From assembly GCA_030324005.1 (NCBI GenBank), contig JARDVH010000193.1, forward strand, positions 82,477,012-82,541,011: 64,000 bases of DNA, in the 5' to 3' direction. Below, piece after piece: positions 61,020 to 64,000 of the stretch. Numbering within the stretch: the stretch's first letter is position 1; each line of letters opens with the position of its first letter. Both the position numbers and the translations under genes were made by a program. This DNA is from Negaprion brevirostris. Its lineage: Eukaryota. A model generated the notes under the pieces. The model did not search any database. It was not told the DNA's origin and was given only the letters and a program-made list of their open reading frames with translations.

Positions 61020-61345
61020 TGTTTAATTTGTTTGAGGTATGTGGGCATCACTGCCAAGACCTACACTTGTTCCAATCCCTAATTGTCCTTAAGAGATATT
61101 AAGAGTCAACCATACAGCTGGAATCTCATATAGGCCAGACCCAGTAAGGATAGGTTCATTTTTACAAGATGAATTTTTATGACAATCAATGATAGTTTCA
61201 AGGTCACAATTATAGAGAGTAGCTTTCAATTACAGACATTTTGTAAAATTGAATTTAAATTTAATAGAATTTAAAGCTGTTTCCCAGACAATTAGCTTGA
61301 GCCTCTGGATTACTAGTCCAGCGACATTACCACTACTCCATCGTC
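61020..61345 (-). mobile_element. Old SINE-like element with CR1-like CCCACAT tail
   Basis: GTGGGCATCACTGCC…CCCTAATTGTCC…GAGTCAACC…CTCTGGATTACTAGTCCAGCGACATTACCACT. Confidence 0.6.
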
Positions 61346-62258
61346 TTCATCTGCCTGGCAATGATGCAATGATGCCAGTCACTCAGCTTTGTGACTCTGG
61401 TTGTACATGCCAATCTGGACACGTTCAGAACATTGAGGAGTATTTGTGAACCACAAGGTCTTTTATCCACGTGTGGCTGGCGTGAAATCAGAGAGAGATA
61501 TTTATTGCACATTTGCAATAGATTCCTGGGCAAAATGCCATGATGCCTTTTTCCTCTGCAGCCTCACTTCCCTGATCACTTCCCACCTGGAAGAAGACTT
61601 AAAAGGGGTGGCTGCTAAGAATTAAGGGACACCAGGGTAAACCTGGCCCATGGCATATATCGGAAACCCTAACACTGAAGCCAACAACACCACAATGAAT
61701 ATCACCACCAGATGTGTGACTGAATTGGCCAATGACATGATGAAGATCCATTGCAGGAGCCTGAGCAGATCCAGAGGTGCCTTTCAAGATACACCAATCA
61801 GAGTCATTAAATGTGCTCTGCTAACAACATTCTTTCTTACAGTACAATTGCACCTCATTTCCTCATGTTCCCGTTTATATTATCCACATTACTATCCTTT
61901 CCTGGTGATTTATTCCACAATTCTGGGTGAAATTGTTGGATATGATATCCTTGCTCTCAATTTTTCAGCAAGCTCGCCATTGGGATTTCAGCCAGCTGCT
62001 GTTTGTGATCAATTTGCTTGGATCAGTAAATAGCACCAGCACTCGGTTTCAACTCCTGGAGAAAAACTATGTCAAATGGATACATGTGGAGCAATGAATT
62101 TTAGACCTCATTAAGGGGGGGTTTGAGGCTGATTACTTTGTAATTCTGCCCTGCTGGGTCAGCGGAAATAAAATATATGGGAAAATTCAAAAACAGACAC
62201 GAGTGATTATATCCTGGGCTAGTATTCCAGACACTTGGACTAATGATTTAGAGACACA

Positions 62259-62700
62259 GGACCTGATTTTACCATTGTGATGCGCTCATTTTCAGGTGCA
62301 AAACCTTAGAAAAGTAGAGCGATCCATGCTCACCTCCACGCCAGGTTCCCCTTTACTAAGGCCCAAAAATGGCCACAATCAGGACTGCTCCCAAAACGGG
62401 CCCAATGCCATTTGGATACATTTGCATGCATTTAAATTGATTTGATGGGCTGCACGCCCAAACTTACCAACATTTTCCCTTTCACCACCTCATTCGCCCA
62501 TCTAGAATCGGTGAGAATCAGACATGTTCCATATAAGTCTGATTCAGGCACTCCGTCAGCGAGGGTGAGTGATCTCTGTAGGCTTCTTTCCTTAATTGCC
62601 ACGGATGGGTATTTTTCTCCTGCTCCTCATAACCACCATCTAAGGAGGAACCACTGAGATGGACCACAATCTTTGCCCATTCAGACTCCATTTTGAAACT
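62259..62700. mobile_element. Non-autonomous Harbinger-like element fragment
   Basis: GGACCTGATTTTACC terminus and a CATTTGCATGCATTTAAAT motif resembling AT-rich cores of the other elements. Confidence 0.4.
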
Positions 62701-62747
62701 CCCAATTCTCTGACAGCCAACTCCTGCTCCTTCATGTTTGGAGCTTA

Positions 62748-62882
62748 CATAGAGTCATAGGGGTTTACAGCATGGAAACAAGTCCTTCGGCCCAATTTGT
62801 CCATGCTGCCCTTTTTCTGAACCACTAAGCTAGTCCCAATTGCCCACGTTTGGCTCATATCCCTTTATACCCACCTTACCCT
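62748..62882 (-). mobile_element. CR1/HER1 3' tail
   Basis: CATAGAGTCATAG..TTACAGCATGGAAACAAGTCCTTCGGCCC. Confidence 0.8.
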
Positions 62883-63649
62883 GAACTACTTCGAGTCAGG
62901 CGGATCCACGTCACACACAACTGCCACTGATTGAGCGGGAAGCAAAATGAAAATGACATTGGCTATTTAAAAAAATCTACTGATAGAGTCTGCACTTATT
63001 GCTGGCTTTCCAAATGCTATCCGAGTGCCCACTGTCTACCACGCTCCAATCCACAACACTGTAAACTTAAAACTGGGCTCAAGTTTGCTGGTTTAGTGTT
63101 GAAACTTTGCAATTCCAGTATTCTCTGTTTATTTTGTGTGCTGGCAGAAACTAGCGGTAACAATTTCTTCAGAGGTAATAAAGATGTTCCATAAATTCAA
63201 TTAATGGTCAATTTTCAACCTCCCCATTGTGTTGCATCATGTAAAATGTTAACTTAAGAATGCTAATAGCCAGTCATCCCATTCTACATTGCAGCACACT
63301 CAAGATTTAATCAGCCTATTTCACATCTTTCCTGACCTATATTGAACGACTTTTGCTGAATTAGGAATTGATCCATTTCCTTCAGAGTCATTATTCATTG
63401 GACCAATTAAAGTCAATGTGCACACTGAAGAAGTTATTTTTTTTTCTTCATTTGTGGCTTCTTCAGCCTATAATTACACGCTCTATTTTTATTATTCCTG
63501 TTATTCGTCAAAAGATTTCTTGGCATCCATCTTATCACTTCTCGTTTATTTCAATCGTTTGGGTACTATGACTTGAACCTTTTTTTTAGATGAAAGGAGT
63601 GCTCTATCTTCATTAGACTCAGTAAGTGTGGGGGGAGGGGCAGAGGGAG

Positions 63650-63980
63650 GGATGGTGTAACTATTTCACATGTCAGGACCAGAAATGCTTGAAGGTGCAC
63701 GGAAGTCCTGTTGGCTGGGAAACACTGGAGAAGAGGCCAGAGAACCAGATAAGTGTGAACACAACCAGCGGTAGGCCCAACCACAGAGTGAGGGAAGTCC
63801 ATTCTTGTGTTAGGGATTTGATCCAGGTGGAGTGTCTGATGCCAGAATGGGAATGTCAAACCCTGGTGCAGGGGTCTCATCCATGCCACTGGGTAAGGTT
63901 GGGAATATCTGATTCCTGGTTCGGAGGGCAGGTTTCAAGCCTGAAGACATGATAGATCCCATAGATGCCTAATCTCAGGG
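63650..63980 (-). mobile_element. Possible RTE-clade LINE remnant
   Basis: Weak, frameshifted similarity to ..LET(W)..WxDxIPN..LPS.. of the RTE RT C-terminus. Confidence 0.25.
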
Positions 63981-64000
63981 CGTCTGATCCCACAGGGAAA

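Overview
Vertebrate genomic DNA, most consistent with a shark (cartilaginous fish) draft assembly with many N gaps. This assignment rests on HE1/V-SINE-like SINEs with CR1/HER1-type tails, a SacSINE1-like element and shark-type Penelope and Harbinger relics, all recognised from memory. No intact host protein-coding gene is recognisable, so the window looks like a large intron or gene desert. It is dominated by decayed transposable elements: a near full-length L1, several CR1, an L2, a Rex1/Babar fragment, Penelope-like (GIY-YIG) elements with minimal hammerhead ribozyme motifs, four Harbinger (HARBI1 +/- Myb/SANT) relics, many short TIR MITEs and SINEs with two different 3' tails. Between them lie apparently unique blocks that look regulatory. 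The most notable items are a tail-out inverted Penelope pair with hammerhead cores and a 15-bp TSD (45.5-46.7 kb), a nearly intact minimal hammerhead (47.93 kb), and a compact block at 23.65-23.98 kb. That block holds a pre-miRNA-sized hairpin, a candidate 30-nt microexon and a RUNX/GATA/E-box/ETS/MEIS/MYB motif cluster. Boundaries of old repeats are approximate, and no database searches were run.
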